Positions 21,131-35,400 of a stretch of DNA of 64,000 bases are shown piece by piece (the first letter of the stretch is position 1; each line of letters begins with the position of its first letter). The position numbers and the translations under genes are program-made. The notes below the pieces were generated by a model, which saw nothing but the letters and a program-made list of their open reading frames with translations, was not told where the DNA came from and made no database searches. Source of the stretch: Phoronis australis. Lineage: Eukaryota > Animalia > Phoronida. Location: assembly GCA_002633005.1 (NCBI GenBank), contig NMRA01000156.1, forward strand, positions 522,488-586,487, given 5' to 3'.

Positions 21131-24100
21131 GTGGTTGTTTGAGATGATCTTACTATAGCAACTAACCAAATGCAGCTATATGTAGTGCTTTAGAACACTT
21201 TGTTCCGTTGGAAATTTCTTGACCCCTTATAAGAGGTTTGTAGGTAACGTATTAACCATAGCAGTCACTTTTTGCGGCCTCCAAGTCTCAAATACCACAA
21301 ATGACCTAAAAACCATGACTTCAGTAAGATTACAATTCACCAGACTGGAGAATGATTGTCCGCAAGATTGACGTTCGCACATGCGCAAATTTGAGGCTAC
21401 GAAAACACCCGCGGTGTTCCAGGAATTATCTAAACAATGCCATCCTGAACACCTCGGTATTCTCGAACTTCAAATTTCCACACGGAAGTGAATTTTATTT
21501 ACGCATAAGCGGACTTCTGTCATATTGCAAATCATGTGACTTTTGAATTGGAGAATAATTGGCCGAATAATTAAAGAGCGCACGTACGCAAATCAGTCTT
21601 CACCTTCGAGGGGAAATTGGAGGCTACGAAAATAAATTACCAGAGGTGCTCCGAATTAGTCAGTGCACAGGGTAATGAAACATTCTGGTTTATTTCTGGT
21701 TTACTGTATAATTTAGTGTGAAAATATACAATCGGAATTCAGATTTTTGAAAAATTTTGTGGTTCAGTGGTATACTGGCATTATTTATGAACTGTCTCAG
21801 TGCAGAGGGCGCTCTACTTGCCTTTCTCGCTTTCGCAGCCGCAGGAAGGGTCGTCACAAAAGGACAAGTGACATTGTCGGCAAAGAGAATACGAGTGGTT
21901 CTTTGAGACCCCGCCTGGCGCAGATTCGAAGCTAGAACCCTCGCGGTCGTAGCTAAACGCTCTGATGACGGTGTGAAATCCCATTCAATCAAATGGCAGA
22001 GTATGAGCTGCATTTCGCCGTGTTTATCTGACTAAATTTAGACTTTTTTACTCACATAAAAGCGGCCTCGTAATTTTTCTTACCATGATAGGAATCTATA
22101 TTTTCATTACCAGCAAGAACATTCAGTGAAAACATCAGGGACTCAAGAAAACGCTTCAGGGTTTAGTAGGATTGGCCAACCCTTAAATTGCCAGTTAGAA
22201 ATCATCGGCACGCATTGCCTTTGACTTGAGTTAATGGTAAAGTCGCCGACGTTGAGTTCAGCGAATGTTTGGCAGACAACGATGACAATAGCGGATTTGC
22301 AGCCACGCCATATTGAAATTAGGTTAAAATGGTGCATTGTGGGTGCTGTGGTCAGGATTCCGAAAGTGGCGATTTGTAATAAGATCAAAAGAACAATGGA
22401 TTTTATTGTTTTGTAGCTCTGGTCAAAGCTAACTCCAACGAGTCTGTAACATCCAGCAATAATCCCCGAAATACGTCTTTTTGGTAGTAAAGCGATAGTG
22501 TTCCTTTAAGCCATAGCCACGGTGGTGAGTTTTTCAAATGTCTCCTTAAATTGTGCCTTTGGCTTTTGTAAAACCTAGAAGCACCTTTGAAAAATAAACT
22601 GTGAATGAAACTAGGCATGTCTATCATAACTTTCAGACTTTGGCCTGTATTAGTTTTTGCATTAAGTGTTGAATGTAGAACTATTAAGAATGGAGAAAAC
22701 ACCATAGTCCGACCATACTGCTTCAGATGCTGAAACTAACCCGCCGTGCCCAAGCAGCTTTTGAGCCTGGTCTGAAACAATAGGGAGCTGCCGAAAATTC
22801 TCAAGCCTAGAAACCACTCCTGAACTGGGTAAGGAACAAAATGAGGCCTACGTAAGTGGCCAAAATCAAAATTTGATTCAATGCACATTTAATGCAATTA
22901 AAGGAACAAAATCATTAGATGAATACGCGCCAAAAGTAGGAATTTCAAATTGGCATTCTTGTAACAAGCTGTAATTAATGATTTAATTATCAACAAGAGA
23001 CACAGGCATTCGAATATTTTACTGTTCTGCGACGCGGACAAGAGTCTACGTGGTCATAAAAATGTGTTCCCCCGGCAGGCGTCAGGGGAATCCAAAGGGT
23101 ACAATTGTAACCAAATTTAAATCGAGCAAATGACCATGGCGCTACTTTGGAAGATCAAATACGTTAGTAAAGAAAGCTCTTTTTTGACCCCAGAATATTG
23201 TTTAAAGCGTATTTCGTGGAGGCATAACTCACTTTTGCTGCGTAAAAGTTCACAACATTTAAGTATTTAGGCCCATATCCAAAATGAGAGCGTTTCGAAA
23301 GCAAGGTTACTCCAGCCGTTTCGCATACGCAAAGACAATTTTCAAGTAACCATTGCCAAGAAACGGTGGACATTTTGGCACACCTTGTTCAAAATGATCA
23401 GCATACTGTATTCCACCAATGTGCCTCTTTTCACTTTATTATTAAATGCCAGCTTTCTACGAAGCTCGTGAACAACGGTTGCTATAATTAGCAGGTTACC
23501 TAGCAACCTCTGCTAATTATATCAAGTTTTTGGCAGAATTCACCTAAAGTTACCATCGCAGTACATGTATTTACAAGACTGAGAATTATGCCATTGACTA
23601 ACATGCTTTGCAATATTGTAATGGCTGAATCATTTTGGTTGCTATGGTAAGACGATTTCCTGATGCACTGGCCTGTTACTGAAGAATATGACCAAAATTT
23701 TGACACACTCTGCTCAAAATAATTAACATTGTCTAATTACCAATTTGCCACGATTCATGCTTTTATCCCTTTCTGACCCAATTTTTCATCATGAAACTAT
23801 GCTCCGCACTTGGATAAGGCACGTGCTTATGAATAGCGCATCCAGTGCAGGGTGATAATACAATCCTCCATTTGTGGCTCTAATTAATGTACTAATCGCC
23901 ACATATTATAGAGCCAAATATCATATTCCTTCACTCAAAACACACACTGTAGAAATAAACAAGCGACAGAGCCGTGGTCGATAATACATTTCGTAACGAA
24001 ACTAAAGTGTATGAATTATCCTAAAGTGAAAGAAGAAAATTCAACTATTAAGGATACAATCAAAACAAGTCCATGTTTTCTAGAGAGTTTCCATGAATTC

Positions 24101-27100
24101 CGACATTTTAACACGCCGAATCTATTTTGGAGTGAAAGTTGATGCAAAATATTTTCCACCGTAGTATTTTGGCACTGAAATTAACTATCCTTTTGCAAAA
24201 TCATGAAATTTAAACTAATTTCGTTACTACACTCATTGGGCATTTTCGGGAAAAGCAAACAAGATATTCATAACCAGCACAAAATGTTCGCCCAGAAACA
24301 CCTATTCGTTTGCCTTTCCTTAAAAATGGTTCGTGCAACAGAAACAAGCACCTTTTCTCACTGCCTAGACTCTGAGGTCAGTGAAATGGGAAAATGATTT
24401 ACTGTTCGATCTGCTTTGCGTGAATTACTCACAATATTTGGTTACAGCTGTTTATCATACCTTCTTTATGAAATAGCCCGAGGGGATATTGAAATTGCAA
24501 CTTTCATGTTGGCGATGTTATTATCTTGTTATTTTTAGTAGCAAATCGAAAAAAAAAACGATTCACAGTCGCTCCTCTTCATTTTCCACCCCTTTGTTTA
24601 AGATCTCCGCACCTCTCCAGTCGTTCCCTTAAAAAGTCAATTGAATATTGGAGGACTCAAATTCACGTTTGTAACATGTCTCGGTAAACAGGTGAGAAAC
24701 TAATAAACCAAACAAACTGCAGACTGCACTTCGTTGTTCGGCAGCGAAATAGGGAACGAATACGAACCACCAAAGGAACAGCAAGTTCTGAACACCTGAT
24801 ACGAGGTTTCCACATGCAAGTATGCAGACACAGCACGAAACAATCCGACAAGATCCATTGGCAAAATTGATCTTTTTATGTGCAAGGACTTATGAGTTGC
24901 TTTGAATGAACTTTTATGAAAAAAATATTTTGTCTTCCACTCTTTGGTGATATGTTAGCCCCTTACAGGGTAAAAATATATATCTGTCAATAGTGAAAGT
25001 TTGGCAAATATGTGAAACCTGTATGTGCTTACTGCGGTATCATGCAACAGGGCTTACATTTGGAAAAGGACATGCCCCGAATATAAGCTTGGCTTAACAC
25101 CAGATATAAAGACCCACAGAGGGAAAATATGAGCGGCATGGATGTGGAATGAGGGTCAATATGTGTAGTTAGATTTTATTTTATTACCTGAAATGTACCA
25201 CTGGTAAATATTGTGGGCCCGTATTTGGATACTATTCCAAATCATGATTCATGGGCCTGTATTTGGGTAGTCCTGGTTGAGGAAATTCCCAGTAACTAAC
25301 ATATCAAAACTTTATTTACACATGGAAAATAATTGGTTGGAAGTTTTCAAAAATTTCAAATTCAAAAAAATTTTGTCAGGTGAATGCAACAACAGCTGCA
25401 ACCAGTTACCTCCATTTTGGTACATACCCTTTAAATGTAATCATGTAAATCTGTTATCATGTAAATCTGTTAAAAGAATACCACTAAAACCCCGTTTTGA
25501 CGACTTCAATGAATCCTCGTTCTGTCACCTGCCAATGCAGTCATTGACGTCAAACTCCCCAACTTAAACTGAGGCAGGAATCAACTAAACACTCATACGC
25601 CCCATGTCACAGATTGGACATTGGTGGGTGGTCTTTTCCCACACGGTTTACCTTGTAATTCGCTTAAAGCGCAGGTCACGCTTGCTCGTTTAGCAGACTT
25701 TGAAAGGAGTTTTCAAAATTTCCTCCAAACTTTTGAGGGTTTCCGAGAGTTACAGAGCATCATTTTGTTTCAGAAAACTGGATGGGAAAGTCGTTTTTAC
25801 TATCTGTTGATAGTCTCTTTAACTTACCATATTACAAACTGCTTATTCGAAATTAATGATAACAGCGCATGCGCCTTTATGGATTTTGCAGCAAAGGTTT
25901 CAGCTGTGTCGAAGAACAAACACACAAATATGGTGAAACACGATTACTTTTTATTCTCATTATCATTATTGCAATCCACATAAAATACTGAGAAATGGCA
26001 TTTGATTACAGTGCAAAAACACAGGGAAACTTTAAAATATGTCAACAAAACATTCCACAGTACATGGCAAAAATCAAGACACTCTGATGATCTAATAGGT
26101 GAATGCTATCTCCTATACCTACTTCCTAAAGAACACACCCGTGCTTTTTCCATTAAATTGCAGACTACTAATTACAGAATACTTGGTATCATAAAGTCAC
26201 ACACACATGCATTTTGATTGTAAAATTTTAATTACTTATTACAATTACATAGGTTGTCCTAAAATAATTTCTAACGATGCACCCTGTCAAGTTGACTTCG
26301 AGGCTAATATGTCCCAACCAGACATTGCACAAATACTATTGACAACGACCCTAGTGCCTGATATTAAGACAAATGAGAAAGACCTCTATTGCATTTCTAC
26401 ATGGCTAACACCAACAGCAGAGACATCTATTGAGCATCTGCAATCTATCACTCACATACAAATCACTTGACATCACATACCTCTCCATTCAACCTAAACA
26501 CAACACCAACTCATTCTTCCTGTGTAGTAAATCCCTGACATTTTCATTAGAACTTTAACTGTACCCATAATACTGACATCGTCACTTGTCACCAATCACT
26601 ACTGTTGCTAGCTAGTGGTCTCTGCCACATCTCACTACAGGAAACAAGGTGTTCAATCAGATATCACCAAAAGATGGCGCTAACTACCGTGGCAGCCATG
26701 ATGAGAAAGCTACCATCTGGAGGAAAATAACCAGTCTCAGCTATGGTGGCATCTATTCAGCTCATAAACTATTGAAAAAACATTGGTACAAGTGTATATG
26801 GCATCTGTGAACCACGACATCAAACACAATTATGCATTCCGTTACCATCAATGCTTATGACGTTTAACTTACATTAGATATAGTTTAAAACCATGTTTGA
26901 TCACAACAAAACATAACTTAGATTGAATGCACTCATGCTGCTCAAGTCAACCTTTGCTTATGTAGCACAACTCCTTGATGGCTGGTGACATCTGTTGACA
27001 AACATTTGAGATTCATGATATCCCGCTCCTAACCAGCCCAAAAACCTTAAGAAACAATAAAAATCCTACAATAGGCCAGAGAACCTTAGAAATTTTTCTT

Positions 27101-30100
27101 TTAACAATTGACAAAATTGAATTCTTCCTTCACAAAGAGCGTAAAATTACAAAAACGTGCATTCTATATCGGTAACAAAATAAATACACACGAACCACAA
27201 CTGAGGAAACAACTGAATAGATTGCAAGTTTTACACTTCGGTGCTATTGACAAATTACAATATAATCTTGTTTGCCTATCAAATAATCACATTGTTATAC
27301 ACCAGTGATAACTAAACTATGGGCAGACTATTCATCTACAAGGCAAAATCTTGTATGTTTAGGAGATCAAATACACTTTGATACTCCAATACCCCCAGAC
27401 TTTCCAATACTCCAAACACAAACACACAGACCAGCATTACAAACTTAAAGAATTCAATAATGTTTTTCAATTAACTATGCTTGCTTAGTCAAATGTCTCG
27501 CACAATTGGAACGGGATAAGACGGGAAAGCTGAGCAATGAAAAATGCGACCAGGTCGTATTGCTCCATTTCCCAAGTGTTGTTCGTGAAAATCATAACAA
27601 CAAAACTAAAATTGCATTCATGTCTAAGATCAATATGCAAAGTTGTAACTGTCAATAGATATTCTGCAAGAGCAAGTCCGCGATAAAAGAAACAACATTT
27701 TGCCATTAAGGAAATGCATTTGTAAATCAATTGGAAAAAGCTTGAGACACGAATTCAGTTTTCATATTTTCATGTTCACCGTGAACTTTACTAATGCAGT
27801 GTCAGCCAGCCAACAAAAACCTACAATGTTAACACATGGGGTTTCAATGAGTTGAGTAGAATTTACCAAATGGAAAAAATGAGCAGAGGCAATTAGTCTT
27901 AAATGAATCAACATCTATGAAAATAACCCTCCAATTATTTTGACATAAAACGCGCAGAAAAGGTTACCCACTCACTGAATTCTATTATTCACCATGTTTT
28001 CGAATGGGAAAAACAAATTTTGCCTTGCTTTCAAAGCAGTTCACTCTCCAGTCCCTGCCTAAACAGTGGTCACAGGCCAAGACTGGAAGGCATTTTTAAT
28101 CTGGAAGATCAAGATATTTCTGCATCAAGATGCACCTTATAAATGAATCGTCTGCCTAGCCATGAATACACTTTAGAGAATTAATCACAAAAATATGTGA
28201 CCACAAGCAATTTGTGAGCGACTGAAATATAAATAAAGAAAAAGAAACATTTAATTTACATAATCTAATAATTGAGACAGTATACCAACCCGCCTGCATT
28301 GCGCATTATGTTTTTAGGTTAACAGCAGAAGAATTATACGCTATCGACTTTTCAAATAAATACGACAAAACAAAGAGATGGATTTAACGAACATAAAATG
28401 ACGGTCCCAAGGGATGAAAATGCAATGGCTAGACTACATACACAATAAACATTAAGTTTAAAACATGCACAGTGTCGACTGGTTTCCAACAAGAAGCTGT
28501 TATACTTAAGAGGCTCATATCTTCCATCATCAAAGACATTTCAATCACTGGATTAACAACCCAATTCTAGATTTATCAACAAACACATAAATACTAAGTA
28601 AAACTTCACACGGATAATACATCAAATAAAATGTGCAATAAATAATAAAATATATGGTGTCATAAAGACACTAAAAACATTAAACAGTGGAAAATGGCTC
28701 CCAAGGCAAACAGAGAATACTACTGGATTTCAACTCGAATGATATTAACAAGGCAAGCGTTGATCCGTAAGACCACATAAAATGTAAAGTGAAATTTACA
28801 CTTACAAACATAAAAAACTGATTGTCAATTTAGAATATAAAATCTATAAAACTCCGAATCGTTAGGCACAAATTAGGTCAACAAACACATGATTACTTAA
28901 AGCCAGTAGTTGGATTGTCTTATCTAAAAAATTAAAATGCACCGGCCAAGCACAGGTTCATGGAAAAATGTTGGATGAACAGGCATTGAGTGCAAGCGCA
29001 TGGACTCGGAATAATCCAAATATTCTGTCTATTAAAATTTAACCACACAGGATCTCGCAGCACTTCATCTGTGAAGTAAACCGGTGGACTGATTAAACTT
29101 TAATCTATAACAAATTTCAGAAATGTCAACTGACTTGCTTGATTTAGGATAACAGGCGTGCACATCATTTAAATTGTGCCATTCAGTGAATTTCTGAGCA
29201 ATAACCAGCTCGTCAATAGTTACAACATATAGCTTAACAGACAGGCCATTTTCAAGGTCATTGATTTTTCAAACTGGCCATTCAAGGTCATGTAGTCATT
29301 TGGTATAAATTTTCCAATATCTTGCAGTGACTCACAGTCTTAAATAGTTATTTTAACATTCTTGCAATCACCCTCAATTCTTAAACACAGCTGTAACAGC
29401 CATTTTCCAATAAATTATCTCTCAAGGTTTCCATGCATTTAAATCCCTGCAAGGACAGTGAGCACTAGCTATGGGCTTTGCTAGGAACACACTTCAATTT
29501 TGAAGGATGCAAATAGTTCAAGATCACATTGCCATTATGAAGTTCAGACAAATTTGTTGCCACTCTCAGATCACGTTTCAAAACATTCCTCAAAATCTTA
29601 TCTGTGCTAACCTGGTTTCAAAAGAAAACAGCATTGAACTCCTTTGAAAAATTTTTCATTATCTCCTGGCTAACTAGTAACAAGATTCCGCCATGTTGTT
29701 CCCCGGAGATAGAAGACGGTTTCTTCCAGATCCACTTCCCAAACGTTGTGTGATCTCTATAAAAACATCGATCACCCGTATAATTATTCGCTGATTTCTA
29801 ATGCCCATTACAGCGCGTGCCTTCTCTGCAAATGGCAATAAATTATAATTGAGAAATGAAAAATGAAATTCCAATAACGTCACTTTTTCATTGTTATTAA
29901 CACTCTTATGCAAATCAGTGACTTAGATGACACGCTAAGATTTTAGAATCTGGTGATTCATGTAAAGACAAGAACTCAAGAACTAAGAATACACTCAGAA
30001 AAATGTCAGATCGCATTCATGATATTTTACAAAACACATAAATTGTAGTGAAGGAACAACTGACACATTTCGGAATTTAACTTCTTTCTTGGATCTTGCA

Positions 30101-32413
30101 CCAGCTCCGGGAAATTACTCGACTTAAATGCATGGAAAACCAGTAACTTTGCCAATGACAAAACACCACGATAAATATAACAGAGATTCTCCTAGTCAGT
30201 ATTGCACATGAGAATTTACCCACAATGCACCAATAACGTCTGCCACATATCTGAAAGCCTTCAAGCTCTAATGAAAACATTGTCAAAATTTTCTGGCTCA
30301 GTGAGTTCACTCTGAATTTAAAAGTTTTCAACCACAATAAAGAATGTTTAGGCACAAGATGAACACTGGGCCACTATGAACACGTGTTAACCCTCTCACA
30401 AAGCTGGTGTATATTTACAAAACACTGGATACCCAAGTTGTAAGAGGTGGAAGCTTTGTTAGACATTAATTTAACTGCAGTTCAATTTTCAGCTGTTCTG
30501 ATACAAAAATAACAAATCCTTTGTAAGGCTGTTATTCATAATACGACAAAAAACTGGTTTTCGTAACCCCCGGTTATATGAGCCCATATGCACATATGCT
30601 TAATCGTTCAAAATCTCACTTTTACATATCAATTTCTTATAGTAGTTATCAATATTAAAGAATCCTGCTATGCTTCAACTGAATGCTGGTTAACAGTATA
30701 GACAGTGCATTGCCAATAGAAATAAGGAATGAAAATTTAATTGGACGGGATGTACTTGAAAACACCCTGAACAGAAAAAATAACAAGGCCCAGTCAGCAG
30801 TATTGCTAACACTTGTGAATACACCGAGAGTAAACAGAATGGAGTATTTTTTCTCAGGCCCCATACAAATGAAACTTGATCACCAAACAGAGAGTAGATG
30901 GGGAAAATGAACAAATTCTCCACGCAGGACCTTGAACCAGGCGATGTATATCAAAAGAAAACAAACCGGGACCTACAACATATTATCAAAGAAAATACTG
31001 CATTGTCAAGTTTTGAATTTGAAAAATATTGTCAAATAGCGCGCACATGAAACTATTACCGGTAACAATCAAAAGACTACAGCGGTGATGGGAAGATATT
31101 TTCAGTTCCCTTGAACAGAAGGTTTTTCAATAAGTCTTGGACAAAATTTTCAGCAATTCATACCAGAAAGTGACTCATTCTAACTGTTCATAACAAATTT
31201 CTCAACAAAAGTAAGTGTTTGCTTAAGGTTTCAAATGTATGTAGTCTCCTTTATTTCCCTCTAATTGAACCGTTTTCATTATGATAAACACCACAGCCAA
31301 GTCAAGATTAATGGTATTTTAGTATGCAATTTAGACTCAAGAAAAATGGAAAATCAATTCTCAAAATACCACAAGAGATTGCGTTAAGTGAAAAAATTCA
31401 GGCGCAGATAGCCTTGTCTTTAACAAACACGACTATCTAGCACTTGTGTTTTTCTTCTAAGCTTACATGATGGGTTTAATCAGCAGTGACCTTCATATCC
31501 CAACACTTTATTGAAAAGATGACTGGAGAAAAAACTCAGAAATTTCATTATTTTATCTCTACGCCATATGGCATCCTCAAGCCTGAATGCTGTGTTTTAA
31601 AACTAAAACCTCAAGGGAAGTCAGTTAAATAAATACCCCTAATAAGTCTTAGTCATGCAGCCGTGTAGGGTTTATGTTTGTACTTTAATTCTGGGATATG
31701 TTAATAGACCAGAACGTACATTAGTCAAATTGAAGTTGTATAATTTCAACTAAAAGACAGCACAGTGTCGGACTTAATTATGACTTGGTGTATAAATGGG
31801 GAGATGATAAACTCGTATGTGCAGTGTTTTCAGCTCATTTCCTATGATTTCAATTTGATGAAATTCAGCAATTGCCCTATATTTGCGTTTGATCTCAATA
31901 GCTAATTCCAAAATTTTAATATCACTACAAACATAAACTGGCAGCAAATTTGCCATCACACCAATTTTCTACTATTAGCCCTGCGTTGGCACTTCAAATA
32001 GACCATTGTTAAATTTCCCTTTTATCTAGTCCCAGTGTTTATGCAAATATCATTTTACAATTTTACACGTTTTCAAAGAGCCTGGTTCATATTGTCCTGT
32101 TTTCAAAGTGTCAAATTCACCATATGTAGTGTACACAGACATTGCCTATGACCAAAGGGCATTTCAGTGCAGTTTATCAGTTGTCACAGGATACTATGAT
32201 GTGTGCACGTTTTGTAAAACAAACTTCCCTTTTTCATGTCCAGCCGAGCGGAAATGTTTTTAGTAAGTTGGCAGAATAGAGACATTCAAATTTTAGCGAA
32301 AAAAATTGAATGGCCGAAAATGAGAACACTCTCCGATGACAATGGTGAATAGGACAATGTTGGCTAATTTTTGATAAAGAATTTGCAGGCAGATGGTGGG
32401 AAAGCGGATTTAC

Positions 32414-35400
32414 CTAAGGTAGAGCGGGAGTCAGACAAAACGACACTTGTTTAGCTTCTGTAATTCTCTTTTTTACAGGCAAGTAGACGGTAGCTGAGAC
32501 AAAATTTCCATCCAAATCTTCCTTGATCGTGAATGGCTGCATAATGAAAGAGCCGCCATCTTTGACCTTGATTGGGGCCGCGTAGGTCACCGGCTGATCC
32601 CCTTGCAGGGTTGAGAAAGCCGGTCTCTTAACTGATGATTTCATCTGTCGGCGAACTTTGTGCTTGAGTAAAATGTGCACACGTAGGTTTCGATAGAATT
32701 TAGACGAGAAGTTGCACTGAGTACAACTATGCACACCAAGCTTCGACTTGTCGACCTGACTGCTAGTCAACTGGTTCTCAGGTGACGAGTTGCAGTCATT
32801 GGTGGCTTTCTTTACTTTGAGATTCTTTTTATGTACGATTCGTATGTGCGTCAGACAGAGAACTCTGCTGCCAAAGCGCTCCCCGCAGTGAGCGCAACGG
32901 TAGCGCTTCCCTGGGCTGGCCGAGACCCCACCTTGCGCGATTCCATTAGTGGTAATGGTGGTGTCACGTGACACGCCATTCACGCGATGATACTCTTTCA
33001 TGTGGCGAATCAATGAATGCTCATACGAGAACGTGCGCAGGCATTCCTTGCACGTGAAAATTTTAGATGTGTTCTGTCCAGCACGTGTATTGTGCTTGCG
33101 CTGCTCATGAGAGTAGACATTAGACAGCCATCTTGTTTTGTAGTCACACTGTGAGCAACTGTACATCTTCACTTTCATACTCTTCATGTAGCGTCGTTTC
33201 ATTTGAAAGTTGCTGAAATACATACTTTGGTGATTTTCCATCAGGTGACTGTACAACTCCTTTTCCGAATGGAAAACCAGTCCACAGAAGTCACAGTTCT
33301 TCGCCACACCCATCTGCTTAGCCAGCGAGAGCCTGAATTCATTTTCATTCGGAGGGGATGGTGGCATGGCTTCAAGATTGATGCCGTGGTCGTTCCTAAG
33401 GTGCAACTCCAACCACTGCTTGTTTCTGAATCGTTGTAAGCAGATCTGACAGATCTCTGACAGCTGGCTAAGATACTGGCTCATGGGGTTGTTGTCGTGG
33501 GACATCGGAGGCGGAGCCTTTTCCTGTCCTTCATCTTTGGGCTCAGGCTTGACTGACACATCAGACTTGTTGAGCTCATCGCTGCTCGTCGATTTGAACG
33601 ACTGATTGCTGTTGTTATTCACCATAGTCGGCGGCCCTGTGAAACTAGCTGCTTTGCGAGGTGAGGGTTCATCCTCAGTGTAAACGCCATGCTTATTGAG
33701 CTTGTGTGTTCTCAGGAAATATTTATTGCACAGCTCCTTGTTGCAGATGTCGCAAAAGACACGTGTCATGTTTGCTGGCTCCTTCCACCGCCATGTGTGA
33801 CGCTCCCCCCCACCAGGTCCTAATGGCACCGCCTTTGGTGTGTGTACAGTAGATGACACACGCTTGTCGGTTGCCTCGGTCCGGATCCCATGCATGTTGA
33901 ATAGATGTGTTCGCAAGAAATACTTGCTACAGAACTCCTTCTTGCAGATTTTACAGTACGCCTCTGGATCAATGCCCATCTTTGTCAATTCTGTGTCTGA
34001 TGGCCCATTCTCAAGCATGCTCAATGTCTCGGGGCTTGGCTTGTTTTCTTTGACTTCTTCGCTCTTTAGTTCTAAATCTGAATATGCACCAATTCCGTGG
34101 TACTTGAATTTGTGAATCTTCAACACGTACTTACTGCTCACTTCCTTGTTGCAGATGTCACATGCCAGTCGCTCTACAGGCCGCGATATTGACATCATTG
34201 CTGACGTCGGTGAAGTGCTGGTGGGGTTAGTATCTGCAAATGACTGCTGCGACGTGTCACTAGGACTCGCGTTCTGAGACAGATTGAGAGGACCTGACTC
34301 TTCTGTCTTGAGATTCAACGGAGTCATGTCTAACGCAGGCATAATTTGAGCATCTGCATTTGCTGTAGGCTCACTGCTGTTGTTCAGATTTGCCTCAGAG
34401 GCCTTGGCAGAATCATCGGGGGTCTTAGTGACGGCAGCAGGTGTGGGCGACGCACATAACGTTCCACTCTGCGACGTATTCAGAGTTGCACTAGTTGGAG
34501 GGGAATTTGGAGACGAGCTTGGCTGGCTAGAACCCTTGGATGAGTCCTCACCAAGGCCATGCTTGTTTGCTTTGTGGATCTTGAGGAAATACTTGTTGCA
34601 GAACTCTTTGCGACAGATCTCGCAGTAAGCGTCAGCATTCAGAACACCCATGCTTCGCAAGGCACTGCTAGGCAGGGCAGGGCTGCTGGCAAGAGATGAC
34701 GGCAATGAAGGGGCAGAGCTCGGCACACCTGCCATTGAAGACAACATTGGGAGGGAAGATGGCGGTGGCAGTGGCGGAGTGTGATTGGGCAAAAAGGCAA
34801 ACTGAGTTGACATTAGAGATTGGGCTGGCAAGAGGGCCATCGGAGGAATAAATGGGTTTAAATATAAGAGATTTGGCATGGCACCCATGCCACTCTGAGC
34901 TGACATGGCGCCCGGAACGGAGGTTGGCGTGAAACTGCCTGTGCTGGCGGCAGAAACGTGATTGTCTAAAGGTGGAACGTTCCAACTTCGTGATGGCTGG
35001 CTGTCAGCTTTGATGCCGTGAACATCGGCTTTGTGTTTCCGGAGGTAGTACTTGTTACAGAAGTGCTTTTGGCAGATCTCGCAAAAGTCCTCTAGATCCG
35101 AGTTGACCGATTTACTTAGGAGAGATTCGTCTTGTTGAGCCTTTTCCTTGAGAAATTCCTTGCTGAGAATGGCATTGGCCAAGTCAATGGGGTTGGCAGG
35201 GAATTCGGGGAAACCCATTCCCGGCTGTGGAAATGTGGGGGGCGAGTCAAAGATGTTGTGCTTGTTGGCACGGTGAGTCTTCAAGAAGTACTTATTACAG
35301 AACTCACGATCACACAGGTCACAGTAGGCATCCTGGTGAAATATCCGCGCACCGTTCTTCTGAACTCCTTCTGGGCCAACTGGAATCTTTTCATCTTCGG

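Noticed and set aside
21747-21935. 62-aa basic ORF with dibasic sites, like a neuropeptide precursor exon
   Set aside because: Non-ATG start, no signal-peptide exon could be linked and no recognisable mature peptide.
23815-23830. TAAGGCACG (miR-124-like start)
   Set aside because: Only the first 9 nt match; it is a short local palindrome with no pre-miRNA hairpin.
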